Shown: positions 1-10,885, counted from the first letter of the stretch. The stretch is 64,000 nt of DNA from Candidatus Bathyarchaeota archaeon (GCA_963775685.1 CAVZJV010000014.1:2144001-2208000), one strand, 5' to 3'. Notes: generated by a model from the letters alone, not told the origin. A program made the numbers and translations.

Positions 1-2159
1 TTGCTCCGTTTTCAAAAACGTTTCTTACACCACAATCAGGGCATATTTGGGTGGACTTGTTATAGGTGGAATAGCATAGTTTGTTTTCTATATCGCTACC
101 GTTAATTTGTTTTAGCAGATGGTTAGCCCATAAGATGCGGTAGTCTCTGCTTATAATTGTCAGACCTGCGTCTATGTTTGTCGCCATGTTTTCAAGCATA
201 TCTCGCTCTTGCCTAAGAGCTTCTTCCATGGCTTTCCACTCTGTGATATCCCTAACAATTGATAGGAGACAAGTTTTGTCTTTCAGCTTAACCGATACCA
301 CAGCCAGGTCAATCGGGAATAAGCTTCCATCTTTTTTTGAGGCCAAGTAACCGAAGTGTTTCTCGGTTAATTGTTGCTTTCGGAGCTCTTTTAGTAAAAG
401 TTCATGTTTTATTTTTCCATGAGGTGGGATAACCAATTCAGATAGTTTTCTTCCCATCGCTTCGCTCTCATGGAAGCCAAATGTTTTTTCTGCAGCAGGA
501 TTCCAATAAATAACTCTGTCTTCTTCATCGCTAAGAATAATGGCGTCCATAGCTGAGGTGCTGATCGCGCGGAATCGTTCTTCACTTGACTTTAAATCTT
601 CTTCTAGCTGTTTGCTCTTAGTTATATCTTCTAGTTCGGCAATGAAAAGTATGGGTTGTCCGTTTTGGTTTAGAATAATGTTAGAGCTTACTTTGCCGAC
701 TATTGTCGTGCCATCTTTCCTTATGTAGCGTTTTTCTTTGGAGAAAGAGACTGTTCTTCCTTTACAGAGGTCGTTTACCTTTTCTATGCTCTCTTTGAGA
801 TCTTCAGGATGAGTGATGTCTTTGAATGTTAATTTCCGTAGTTCATCCTCCGTGTACCCAAGTATTCTGCAGAATGCCTCATTTGCGCTTACAAAATGGT
901 AGCTTTTTTCTGATGTTGCTATTCCAATCGGAGCGTTTGTAACTATTGCTCTTGACAGCTCTTCACTTTTTATCAAGGCATTTTGCACTTTTTTGATTTC
1001 GGTAATGTCCCTGTAAACGCAGTGTAGAAATGTTTTGCCTGCCGACTTAAACGTTCTAGCAGACACCAAAATATTCTTAACTTCGCCATTTTTTGTTCGA
1101 TGCAGAGTTTCAAATTCTACTTGATCCTCTTTCAACATTTCTTTTACATGAGACTTAATTTGTTCTGGCGATTCATTGACCTCTATGTCGCAAATTGTTA
1201 ATTGTTCAAATTCTTCTCTTGAATAACCCAGTTGTTGGTGCGCAATATCGTTGAATTCAACAAACTCTGATGTTTCCGGATCAACAACTAAAACGCCTAA
1301 GAGGGGCTTGATTAAAAATCGCGTGATAGCGTTGTTCAGTGTCCATTAGTTTTTGTTCGGCTTGTTTTCTGCTGGTAATGTCTTTGACTAACCCTACGGC
1401 ATTCCATTTTCCTCCTAATTTCGTGGGAGAAATCGATAACTCTAATGGAAATTCGCTGCCGTTTTTGCGGCGACCGACTAATTCAACGTTTCCGACGGCG
1501 AAGTAGCCCATTCCTGTCTGTGTAAAAGTCTTCACCCCCATAGCGATGCGTTCTTTTCCTTCCCTGCACATCGAATTTGGCACAACAAGTTCATGTATAT
1601 CTTTTCCAATTGCTTCTTCAATTGTGTAGCCGAATGTTTTTTCTGCGGCGGGGTTCCAATAGGTCACTCTGGCTTGGTCATTAACCAAGACTATTGCTTC
1701 TTTAATCGAATTGATTAGTCCTTGCATTTTTTCTTGGCTTTCAAATAATCCTTGCCGAAGTTCATTTTGAATTTTATTTTCTTCTGTTACGTCGTAAAAA
1801 ATGGCGAGGACTAATGCTTCTCCTTCGTTTATGAAGCGGTTTCCGTTTACTTTTAAGCATCTTAGCTCTCCGTTCTTGTCTGTTATCTTAATTTCGTAAG
1901 GTGGTATGTTGGAGCCATCCAATCTGTCTTTTGCGTTTTTTTCCATCAGCCGTTTGTATTTGTCACTTATGAAACTTAAACTGGAAAAATTCTTTTCAAT
2001 CAGCTGTTCTTTTTTGTATCCAGTAAATTTCCCAATCATTTTATTTGTGGCAATTATTTTTCCTGAACTGTTTATAACTAGAACGGGATTAGGAATAAGG
2101 TCGATCAAAACTAACAAGGATTCAGCGTGTTTGTTGTTCTTGTTGCTCTCCAGCGTCAA
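1..2159 (-). CDS. Multi-PAS-domain sensor protein (probably a histidine kinase); runs off the window edge, with a 1-bp frameshift near 1300
   Basis: ORF 1281..2159 has two PAS repeats (YWNPAAEKTFGY...DIT). After APL the frame shifts and continues as GVLVVDPETSEFVEFND... with further PAS repeats down to base 1. Confidence 0.85.
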
Positions 2160-2535
2160 TCATTACCTCCACTTCCCCTGTTTTCTCTGTATCTTCGCAC
2201 CAAACCTGAAGCATCTTCACATATTTTGCAAACGTTAAGTTAGGAATAAGCCATTTTGGGCCAACCCAGCGGTAGGAGCAAGCGATTTTTTCATTTAGGT
2301 ATTTCATGATTAAAATTTCAAGTTGCCGAGCTGCTAAACCGAATATTTGTTCAAGGGCTTCGGAAAAGTCATCAATTCTATCAGGAATATTCTGTTTGGA
2401 GATCGCAAATTTGTTTGCAAGATGGAAGTATATTGATGCTTGTGCGGTTCTTCCTAACGTTAACAGTGCTTCATCGATTGTCTCCAGTATGATTTCATTA
2501 AATTTTTCATTTTTTCTTTCTGTTTTTCTATTCAT
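2122..2535 (-). CDS. Small protein of the type found upstream of TACK-archaeal sensor kinases (NitrOD5/DUF3227-like)
   Basis: Motif ILETIDEALLTLG...IYFHL...IPDRIDDFSEALEQIFG; overlaps the start of the PAS gene. Confidence 0.65.
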   Translation of the reverse strand: MNRKTERKNEKFNEIILETIDEALLTLGRTAQASIYFHLANKFAISKQNIPDRIDDFSEALEQIFGLAARQLEILIMKYLNEKIACSYRWVGPKWLIPNLTFAKYVKMLQVWCEDTEKTGEVEVMIDAGEQQEQQTR

Positions 2536-2946
2536 TCTTAGTCCGTGCCCTAAGCTGGTTGTGAATGCAGTCTTGGAATGAATAGTTAAATGAGTGAAAG
2601 CAAGTAAAGGCTTATGAAATCGTAATTCTGACTGCTAATTCACTAGAGCAAAAACTTTTTTAAAGGTGGTTTTACAGTTGGCACAATTGTAGCAGTTCAA
2701 TTTGTCAGGTACTGAAGTTAAGTTGCCACATCCCAATAGAATGTATAAACATGAGCGAGAACATAGAATTATTGTTGAATCTTATCGTTAAGCCAATTTA
2801 GTTTATTTCTGGTTACCCTTCTGGTTCATTCTTTTTCTTAAAGTGAACTCCAAGATTTTAGGTAACTTATACCAAAGTTACGAAAAAAATATTTAGGTTC
2901 GTTTCAAGTCGTTTTTATCTTTATTTTATTTAAACAAAATTTATTG

Positions 2947-2961
2947 GGTAATTTAGTTACC
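2947..2961. promoter_or_regulatory. Palindrome GGTAA-N5-TTACC, putative operator upstream of the beta-propeller gene
   Basis: GGTAATTTAGTTACC, with related GGTAAC/GTTAC half sites at ~2811-2881, upstream of a TTTATAAA box at ~2983. Confidence 0.35.
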
Positions 2962-3085
2962 AGTGACCACTTGCCACTCGATTTTATAAACTAAAACAAA
3001 GTAAAATAAGAAATGGTTAACCAAATTGGCATTTTAATGTTCTATTTGCTCGACCAAAAGAAAATTATAGGAGAGAAAAAAACGA

Positions 3086-5551
3086 ATGACAAAAAGTAAA
3101 ATGATTATTGCTATTGCACTAACAATTATGATGATTTTGCCTTCTATTGCTTTAATAACAGAAGTGGCAGGCGTTGATGTCGAAACTAGAATGTTCATAA
3201 GCGCAGTTCCAAATCCTATCGGTGTCGGCCAAAGAGTGAACGTACAATGGTGGCTTGCAATACCGAATCCTGTTGCTGGGACCTCTTGGGAAAACGTCAA
3301 AGTAATAATTGAAAACCCCGACGGGCAAATCCAGACTTTTGACAACTTAAAATCTGATATAAATGGAGGAGCATACATTTCCTTTGTCCCCGACAGAGTT
3401 GGGACATATAAAGTACATGCAAGCTTTCCTGGACAATGGGTAAACACCACCGGACCAAACGGTTACACTCGATATTACACGCCTCTTGAATCTAAAGTAG
3501 TCGAAGTCACTGTTCAAGAAGAACCAATTTCTGTCACGCCAGAATTGCCTTTTCCAAGCGAATACTGGACCAGACCAATAAACTCCGAAAACAGAGAATG
3601 GTTCCAAATTAGTGGTAATTGGTTAATGGGCAAAGGCGACAAGGATGCCGTAGCTTTTGAAGGCAGTGGCAACGCAAACTTCTACTCTACCGCACCAAAC
3701 ACAGGACACATAATGTGGACAAAACCACTACTTCCCGGAGGAATAGTTGGAGGAGAAATTGGCTATGGCGAAGCATACTACGGCGGACTCAATTACGAAC
3801 CCATGTTCAGACCACCAATAATAATGAATGGCGTACTTTATTACGAAACAGCCGAACCACCAAGATATGGAGTGATAGCCGTTGACGTGCGCACAGGAGA
3901 AACGATCTGGTACCAAAACATCTCTTACGGCTCAGGTTTTAACAGCTTAAGATTAGGTCAAGTATTCGACTATGACTCAGAGAATCAACATGGTAGCTTT
4001 GCGTATCTTTGGTTTAGCAGCGGCAGTACCTGGTACATGCACGACGCCTTCACCGGAAACTACATTCTAAGCGTAAGCGGCGTACCAAACGGTTACATTC
4101 AAATGGGGCCCAAAGGTGAGATTCTAATCTACAATGTTAACAATGCTCAAGGTTACGTACAGCTATGGAACTCATCCGCAATGCCCGGGTTATTTACCGC
4201 TTCAAACCCCTCAGAGAACCCAAATTCTGAGTGGCGACCAGAACAATCACAAGGACAAACGATTAACGGCTCGACTGGAATTCAATGGAAAGTTTCAGTA
4301 CCAACCGTAACTGGCGCAGGAAATGGCATCCAATGGCTTGATGAAAAATTAGGAGTATTTATCACAACCTCAACTGTTCAGCGGCCTACTGATGCATGGC
4401 CAACATTTGTTCACACAGCTTATAGTACCGAAACAGGCAATTTGCTTTGGACACAGAATCGAACCAATATAGGCGATATGAAATACCCCGTATACATCAA
4501 ACCCTACTCCGGAGTGTATGCACTTCCTTACAGAGAGAATAAACAATGGATCGGCTGGGATATGAAAACTGGCGATGAACTGTGGAGAGTTGATGGTCCC
4601 GAAGATGACTGGGGTATCTTTGATGTAGGAGGTGGCTTTGTTGGCGATATATTCTATACTGCAGGATTTGCTGGAGTTGTAACAGGTTACAATATTGAAA
4701 CCGGACAGAAAGTATGGGAGTTCTACAGCGGCAATTCAGGATTTGATACAACCTACGGTACTTGGGGATTCTACGGTGCATCAATAATTGCTGATGGAAA
4801 AATCTTCATAGCACACAATGAGCATTCACCTGACCAACCATTATGGCGAGGAATGAAGATGTGGGCTATCAACGCAACGACAGGAGAGGGCATATGGAAC
4901 ATTTCTGGAGCCTATCAAGGTGGAAGAAATGCCATGGGTGCCCTTGCCGACGGATTACTGGTGTCACACAATGCCATGGATAATCAAATATACGCATTCG
5001 GTAAGGGTCCAAGCACCACAACCGCTACAGCGTCGCCGAAGGTTACAACACGAGGAAACAGTTTGCTGATTGAGGGAACAGTTATCGATATAGCTTCTGG
5101 CACTTCACAAAATGAGCAAAGGGCTCGTTTTCCAAACGGTGTTCCAGCAGTCTCTGACAATAGCATGACTCCTTGGATGGAATACGTATACATGCAGAGG
5201 CCTCGTCCAACCGACGTTACTGGTGTTACAGTATTAATCGATGTCACCGATGCCAATGGCAACTATCGAAACATCGGCACAACCACAAGTGATGCCAGCG
5301 GCGCGTTTAGTTTCCAGTGGACTCCTGACATTGAAGGAAAATACACAGTTACTGCTACTTTCGCAGGATCTGAGTCTTACTGGCCATCATCAGCAGAAAC
5401 AAGCTTTGCTGTGGACTCAGCAGCTCCAACAGCATCTCCGTATCCAGAGATAACTTTACCTCCCACAGAAATGTACTTCGCAATCAGCACCATCGCAATT
5501 ATAATTGCAATATCAATAGTCGGCTTGTTATTACTCAGAAAAAGACCATAA
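3086..5551 (+). CDS. Secreted, membrane-anchored PQQ-like beta-propeller surface protein
   Basis: Signal peptide; N- and C-terminal Ig-like segments; repeated AVD..TGE.IW propeller motifs; C-terminal TM helix followed by RKRP. Confidence 0.85.
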   Translation: MTKSKMIIAIALTIMMILPSIALITEVAGVDVETRMFISAVPNPIGVGQRVNVQWWLAIPNPVAGTSWENVKVIIENPDGQIQTFDNLKSDINGGAYISFVPDRVGTYKVHASFPGQWVNTTGPNGYTRYYTPLESKVVEVTVQEEPISVTPELPFPSEYWTRPINSENREWFQISGNWLMGKGDKDAVAFEGSGNANFYSTAPNTGHIMWTKPLLPGGIVGGEIGYGEAYYGGLNYEPMFRPPIIMNGVLYYETAEPPRYGVIAVDVRTGETIWYQNISYGSGFNSLRLGQVFDYDSENQHGSFAYLWFSSGSTWYMHDAFTGNYILSVSGVPNGYIQMGPKGEILIYNVNNAQGYVQLWNSSAMPGLFTASNPSENPNSEWRPEQSQGQTINGSTGIQWKVSVPTVTGAGNGIQWLDEKLGVFITTSTVQRPTDAWPTFVHTAYSTETGNLLWTQNRTNIGDMKYPVYIKPYSGVYALPYRENKQWIGWDMKTGDELWRVDGPEDDWGIFDVGGGFVGDIFYTAGFAGVVTGYNIETGQKVWEFYSGNSGFDTTYGTWGFYGASIIADGKIFIAHNEHSPDQPLWRGMKMWAINATTGEGIWNISGAYQGGRNAMGALADGLLVSHNAMDNQIYAFGKGPSTTTATASPKVTTRGNSLLIEGTVIDIASGTSQNEQRARFPNGVPAVSDNSMTPWMEYVYMQRPRPTDVTGVTVLIDVTDANGNYRNIGTTTSDASGAFSFQWTPDIEGKYTVTATFAGSESYWPSSAETSFAVDSAAPTASPYPEITLPPTEMYFAISTIAIIIAISIVGLLLLRKRP

Positions 5552-5557
5552 GCCAAC

Positions 5558-5590
5558 AAGAGGACACAAATAACCTCTTTTCCCTTTTTT
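5558..5590 (+). terminator. Hairpin plus T-tract terminator
   Basis: AAGAGG...CCTCTT followed by TTCCCTTTTTT directly after the stop codon. Confidence 0.55.
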
Positions 5591-6075
5591 ATTGATGACT
5601 ACCTTTAAGGTTTTACTAATTTTTCTGGAAGGCTATAAGGTGATTTGCTGGTATCTTGTTAGGTGTCAAAGTTATGACTTTTACTAAACAAAACCAGAAA
5701 GGAAGATTCACTTTCCCGAAAGTTGGACGTAAGTTGTGACGGATGAGTAGCTAGTAAAAAATGCGGCGTGGTAAGTAAAATTGAAATGTGACCATACCTT
5801 AACTATTACGGGAAAGAATAAGCGGTTAATAAAAACAATTCACGGCTAAATTTACAGAGGAGCTAAATTTTGACGAAGAAGACTACACAAACCAAATTTG
5901 AAGAATATAAGCTGAGCGCTGTCAAAATTCCAGGCAAACTATTCGAACATTTCTATCGCCTCATAATTTCTGAAATTAAATATACAAATATGGCACTTTG
6001 CCAAATTGACCTTAAAGAAGCGGACTGGACGCAACATTTTTTTACAACGTGCTCTTTTTCTGGAGGAGACTGAAT

Positions 6076-7176
6076 ATGTCTGTTTTTGTGTTTGACCAAG
6101 AAACAATAGGAATGATTCGCTACATCCTGGCGCTCCAACGTTTTAAGGAGTATTCAGCTGGACCTCAAGGGCTAGACGAACATCTTTGTGTTCTGTCTTT
6201 CGAAAGGGTTCTGATCCAAACCGGGCTAAACTTTCCAAAGTTTCAGAAAGAAGCTCCGAGTGATATCCGAGCATATGATGTCATCCGATTCTTGGAGCAG
6301 AAAAGCCAGATAAGTGCTACAACAGCTAAGAAACTGAGAGAATACGTGGATTTTCATGACTCCCTATTATCTTCCTCCTCTCAAACCACCCAAAAAAAGA
6401 CTAATCCTAAAGCACAAGAAATTTTGCGGTTCCTTTGCACCGAAGCGGGTGTGGATCAAGATGAAGAACTCAAAAATAGAACATTTGAGGACATAGCAAC
6501 TCTGGGAACAAAGAAATCTTCCGAAAATGAGTACTTTGAGAAACTTGTTGAATCGGATTTTGACAATCTCGATAAACTCTATGAGAAATGTCCAACCTTG
6601 CAGTTGGAAATAGAAAAAAAATTGACGACCTCATTGCGAGGTGCAAAAATATCAGGGTTCACACCTAATACTGGAGGGATATGGTTACCTTTTGTTTCAC
6701 TCAAAGCACCTAATAATAGAACACATATTGATAAGGCAAGTATTGGAGTTGTCTTTACACCGGTCGATATTAGGATAGGCTTGGATTTCGGAAGTCAAGC
6801 TCACAAGTATAGGATAAGATATTATGAACTGCTCCTGAATGGAGAATTAATTAACGAGGTTGAATCTCTTAATAATAGAGATATGGGATACTGTCTCTGT
6901 GATACTTTTTGGCACTACCACATAAGAAACTTGCAATCTCTCCAATGGTGTCTTACTCTTTACAGTAGCACCAAGATGACTATTGAGGGTGCTATTGAAG
7001 AGACCAAACAACTCGAAGGAACCCCCTTGACGGCAAACAGGTACTTAATTAGTAAAGTGATTAGGAGACGACCGGAAGACTTTGCTTACATTATAAATGG
7101 GGTTGTCGATGAGATTGCGAAGACTTTAAACGAACTTTACCCCACGATGGCACTTATTAACAAAGCCGAAATCTGA
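6076..7176 (+). CDS. Hypothetical protein (366 aa)
   Basis: Long ORF with GGAGGAG RBS before the ATG at 6076. Confidence 0.75.
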   Translation: MSVFVFDQETIGMIRYILALQRFKEYSAGPQGLDEHLCVLSFERVLIQTGLNFPKFQKEAPSDIRAYDVIRFLEQKSQISATTAKKLREYVDFHDSLLSSSSQTTQKKTNPKAQEILRFLCTEAGVDQDEELKNRTFEDIATLGTKKSSENEYFEKLVESDFDNLDKLYEKCPTLQLEIEKKLTTSLRGAKISGFTPNTGGIWLPFVSLKAPNNRTHIDKASIGVVFTPVDIRIGLDFGSQAHKYRIRYYELLLNGELINEVESLNNRDMGYCLCDTFWHYHIRNLQSLQWCLTLYSSTKMTIEGAIEETKQLEGTPLTANRYLISKVIRRRPEDFAYIINGVVDEIAKTLNELYPTMALINKAEI

Positions 7177-7753
7177 ACACTTCGACGTGATGCAGACAGA
7201 AATGTTTTGAGCTTTGATTCTATTCCTTCGTAAGTTACCAATAATCTCAGCTTACGATGCATTGAACTTTAAAACCCTTTGGGAATTGGGTTGGAAACTT
7301 TGCTAATTAAACCAACGGCAAAGTTCCAAAAGCCCAAGATACTTAACATAAACGGGTAGAACGTACCATGAAGTATACATTCCGCTACTCAACTTACAAG
7401 ACGACAACTTCGAAGTAACAGAGGCAAGTACTTAGGAGGAAATAAGAAACTGAGTATAGCAGGATGGAGGAAGTACGATAAATAACAATTAACAGAACAT
7501 CAATATGCCCTTTTACAAAAAACCTGATAAGTTCTAAACATAGTACTTCTAATGTTATCGTATAAACGCAGCTGCATATGTAAAGCTTTTATAACGTCTC
7601 CCATGGCAACACCTAAGGCATCTCCCGCAAAACTTCTGCCGCAGATGTAAGCATAGTCCTTGTCCGGAAATAACATTTCTGCCTGAATGGATTTTCGGCT
7701 GATTATTAGAACTTTCAGATCTTTCGGACTGTGGATATTTGTTTGTTTTCGGC

Positions 7754-8101
7754 TCAGCAGGTTACGTGAATGATGGCGACCGCTTTTCTTTTTTCGTTTT
7801 CGATTTTGTCTATGATTTCTGGCGTCGGCATCGCGTATGTCTCGTATTCGTCCAGTATTTTCTGGGCTTTTTCAGTGATTGGCAAAGCTGCCTCATAGCC
7901 TGTTCCGACATAAACGACTTCTGGCTTCTCTTGCGACAAAAAATCCATTTCTTTCTCAGACAAAGGCGTATGGCCATAAATCGGTTTAAACTCTTTGGAT
8001 TTTTTCTTTTTTCGTTTTGAGATGTTACCGTCGACATGCATTATGATGTCTTCTTCATATTTGTGCCCGAATAATTTGACCGAACCAAAAGAGTCTTTCA
8101 T
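7754..8101 (-). CDS. Mth938-like (DUF498) domain protein
   Basis: SFGSV...YEED, PEVVYVGTG and C-terminal HVTC motifs. Confidence 0.8.
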   Translation of the reverse strand: MKDSFGSVKLFGHKYEEDIIMHVDGNISKRKKKKSKEFKPIYGHTPLSEKEMDFLSQEKPEVVYVGTGYEAALPITEKAQKILDEYETYAMPTPEIIDKIENEKRKAVAIIHVTC

Positions 8102-8206
8102 TCAACACACCACTGCCCATTGGGCACTATTATGAAGGCATCGACTCGATTTGAACCTATTCCCTCACAGTTGCCCCTGCAATGTACGCTGAATCAGGGC
8201 ATGCGC

Positions 8207-8340
8207 AAGGTCTTCCAAAATCTGGGGGGTATAGAGGGAGTGAGGCTTTACGGGTTTTAGCTTATCATCAGAACATATAAAAAATATAAAATAGATATCG
8301 ATTTGTATTTCTCTTTCTATCCCGTTTCACGACAAGCCTT
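8207..8340 (+). repeat. Cassette-boundary repeat R1 (134 bp)
   Basis: AAGGTCTTCC-N14-ATAGAG...TTATCATCAGAACATA-(A-rich)...TTCTAT...GACAAGCCTT; right arm degenerate. Confidence 0.85.
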
Positions 8341-8505
8341 CGCCATCGTTAGTCCATGAGCCACCGGCGACAGTAAACGTTGACAACGCGCATTTTGGAA
8401 AGAGGTTTCACAATTCATATCCTGAATATTATGCTGGCTTTCATAAGTGAGTTAAGTACCTTGAATCTTAGTTGATCATCAACAACAGAATTCGAGGAAA
8501 ATAGT

Positions 8506-8709
8506 TTGAGCCAACAGTTGGATGTTAAAGGCAGGAAAGAATTGGAAGCTCAGATGGCTACGGTTTTCGGCGAAAAAATCAAAGACCTATCTGTGGAACT
8601 ACAAGAAATACTATTAGATGACTTGGCAACCGCGTTTGAGAATAGGCTTATCGTATTCAAACGTTCCAAGGAAACTAGGCGAGAAGGTTGGAACCATGAG
8701 ACGGTCTAA
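8506..8709 (+). CDS. Small hypothetical protein
   Basis: GAGGA RBS, TTG start; overlaps the downstream wHTH gene. Confidence 0.65.
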   Translation: MSQQLDVKGRKELEAQMATVFGEKIKDLSVELQEILLDDLATAFENRLIVFKRSKETRREGWNHETV

Positions 8710-8989
8710 ACTGGAAATGTATGTTGATATATTGAATGTCTTGGCTCAAAGGGGGCCTTTGAAGTTGACTCACGTTATGTACAAGGCTAATGTCAACTGC
8801 GGCGTTCTGAAGGAGCACCTTGAATTCCTAATTAAGCAGGGACTGGTTGATGAGAGAATTATTCGAAGAGAAAGAGTAGTCTACGCGATTACGCAACGGG
8901 GCATTAATGTGCTCAAGCAGTTCAAAGAGCTCAAAGAAGTGCTTCCTATAATCGAAGAAACAAAAAACCAAACACCCTATATGTTCTAA
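8696..8989 (+). CDS. Winged-helix DNA-binding protein (ArnR1/HTH_45-like)
   Basis: MRRSKLEMYVDILNVL...LTHVMYKANVNC...YAITQRG. Confidence 0.85.
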   Translation: MRRSKLEMYVDILNVLAQRGPLKLTHVMYKANVNCGVLKEHLEFLIKQGLVDERIIRRERVVYAITQRGINVLKQFKELKEVLPIIEETKNQTPYMF

Positions 8990-9065
8990 CACTCCAATTC
9001 TTTTTCATATTCAACTGCGTAAACTGTCGACTAAGAGAACTCTGCCTTCTTCCTGCAAGCCTACC

Positions 9066-9205
9066 AAGGTTTTCCACGAATTTGTTCTCTTCTGGAGAGG
9101 AATGGGCTGTCTTAGTTTTATATTATCATCAGAACATAGAAAACAAAATAAATAAAATAAATTATGATTTGGCTTATCCTATGGCGTCCAATCTTGAAAG
9201 GCCTT
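9066..9205 (+). repeat. Cassette-boundary repeat R2 (140 bp)
   Basis: AAGGTTTTCC...TTATCATCAGAACATA-(A-rich)...TCCTAT-N13-GAAAGGCCTT. Confidence 0.85.
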
Positions 9206-9227
9206 GGTTATGGAGTGTTTGTGGCAT

Positions 9228-9557
9228 CTAATGTACACGCTTTGACAGGCGATTCTTCTGAGCATAAAGCAGTGGGGTTGTTTGATTTCGGGTTTCGTCT
9301 ATTATAGGTAACGCTTGTGTGAGTTCATGGAAATACTTCAGAACATTGATGCCGCGTTGAGTGATTGCGAAAACTACTCGCATTTTCGTGATCGTTCGTT
9401 TTTCGACCAGAGCTTGCTTAATTAAGAAGTCTAAGTAATCTGTAAGAACGTTACAGTTAACGTTAGCTTTGTACATGATATGTGTCAGCTTTGATGGACC
9501 TCTATGAGCTAACACGTTGAGAATGTCAACATAAATTATTAGTTTTGATCGTCTCAT
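9228..9557 (-). CDS. Winged-helix DNA-binding protein, paralog of 8696..8989
   Basis: MRRSKLIIYVDILNVLAHRGP...LTHIMYKANVNC...FAITQRG. Confidence 0.85.
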   Translation of the reverse strand: MRRSKLIIYVDILNVLAHRGPSKLTHIMYKANVNCNVLTDYLDFLIKQALVEKRTITKMRVVFAITQRGINVLKYFHELTQALPIIDETRNQTTPLLYAQKNRLSKRVH

Positions 9558-9920
9558 CTTTGAACCCTTTCCCTCTCACATAAACGTATATATCTGCATG
9601 TTATGTGGCTGATTGGTATAAGCTTTTGCTATTTTTCGTTGTTTAATTCAAGCAATTATGCTTTTTATTAACAAATTATGATATTAGTATGATAAAAAAG
9701 AATTAAATGATGCATAAATTAGTGAATAATTGATGAATTGCAATGTGACTTGTGACTGTGCCGTGCCTACTACAATATTTAATATGATTTTCAAAGAATA
9801 ACTAGAATTTTCCTTGCTCAAGGATAGAGGAAATGAGAATGAGAAAAAAGGACATTCAAGAAAGTAATTTCATTTTGAGTAAAGATCGTACACGAAAATG
9901 TTGTTGCTCATAAAACACGC

Positions 9921-10118
9921 ATGCCTATTATCAAGTGTGTCTGTGGCTTCGAAATTTTAGTTGTGCCTGATTTGAAGGCTATGGACCGAGCCATAAAAAA
10001 TCATGTTGCCAAACACAAGAAATCGGATTATGGTATAGTGTTTGATTCTTTGGAGGAGTTTTTGACAGAGCGGACTTTGATGGCAGCAAGCAAAATGAGT
10101 TTGCCAAATGTAAGTTAG
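9921..10118 (+). CDS. Small hypothetical C2H2-like zinc-binding protein
   Basis: CVCG...HVAKH; ends 9 bp before R3. Confidence 0.65.
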   Translation: MPIIKCVCGFEILVVPDLKAMDRAIKNHVAKHKKSDYGIVFDSLEEFLTERTLMAASKMSLPNVS

Positions 10119-10127
10119 TCGCTAGCC

Positions 10128-10260
10128 AAGGTCTTCCAAAATTTGGGCCCCATAGAGGAGAAGGTCTTCTGGAAAATATCTAATCATCAGAATATATAAA
10201 AATCAAATAAATTAAAATCAAACTTTTCTACTCTATACTCGCCAATTTTCGGCGGACCTT
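10128..10260 (+). repeat. Cassette-boundary repeat R3 (133 bp)
   Basis: AAGGTCTTCC-N14-ATAGAG...TAATCATCAGAATATA...CTCTAT-N14-GGCGGACCTT. Confidence 0.9.
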
Positions 10261-10287
10261 TGTTCCCGCAATGGTCAATTAATTGTG

Positions 10288-10515
10288 TCATGGCTTAAAG
10301 ATAATGCAAACGCCCATTTCATTGTTTATGCGAAACTTTAGGCCTTTTTTGGCGATGAAATTTTGCAAAGGCGGTCTGCATTCATCCTTTATTGCCAGTT
10401 CAAACTTGCCCTTGTTTTCTCTGACAAAAATGGCTGTTGGCTGCGCTAAGTCATTAGCGATAATCTCTTTTAGCAGCGCCACTGTCTGCTCTCTTTGCAA
10501 GTGTACGTTCCCCAA
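10288..10515 (-). CDS. Small hypothetical protein
   Basis: 75-aa ORF with upstream TATA-like TTATATA; ends 27 bp from R3. Confidence 0.6.
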   Translation of the reverse strand: MGNVHLQREQTVALLKEIIANDLAQPTAIFVRENKGKFELAIKDECRPPLQNFIAKKGLKFRINNEMGVCIIFKP

Positions 10516-10684
10516 GTCCTTTAGTTGTTGACTTTGTATATAACGATTTGGCGAATTTCAATGTACATTGTATCGATTTTAGCCAGAGATTTTTCCGGAA
10601 ATTTTCGGACGCGCCCACACATAGGATCCTAGCCTTTGGACGGATTTAACATTTCTACCCAAGTGGATTTTCAGTGGACGGGTT

Positions 10685-10885
10685 TTAGATTTTTCTTACA
10701 GTGGCTACGCGTCCGGTTGGCGTGTCGGTCATTTGCCATTCGAGCGTATCGCCTGGTTGTAAATTCAAAAATTCAGCTATTCCCTCGGGTATTGTTGCCC
10801 TCAAGCTTTTCGATTTTGGCCTGGCTATTGATGTTTTCGATTGAAGAGGCATGTGGCTTTTTCTCCGTTTACTTCTATGTTCCAT
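10685..10885 (-). CDS. AbrB/MazE/SpoVT-family DNA-binding protein
   Basis: SLRATIPEGIAEFLNLQPGDTLEW motif. Confidence 0.8.
   Translation of the reverse strand: MEHRSKRRKSHMPLQSKTSIARPKSKSLRATIPEGIAEFLNLQPGDTLEWQMTDTPTGRVATVRKI

Noticed and set aside
8663-8694. GTTCCAA...TTGGAAC inverted repeat before the wHTH start
   Set aside because: Only 7 bp, inside coding sequence, and lacks the paired 16-mer structure
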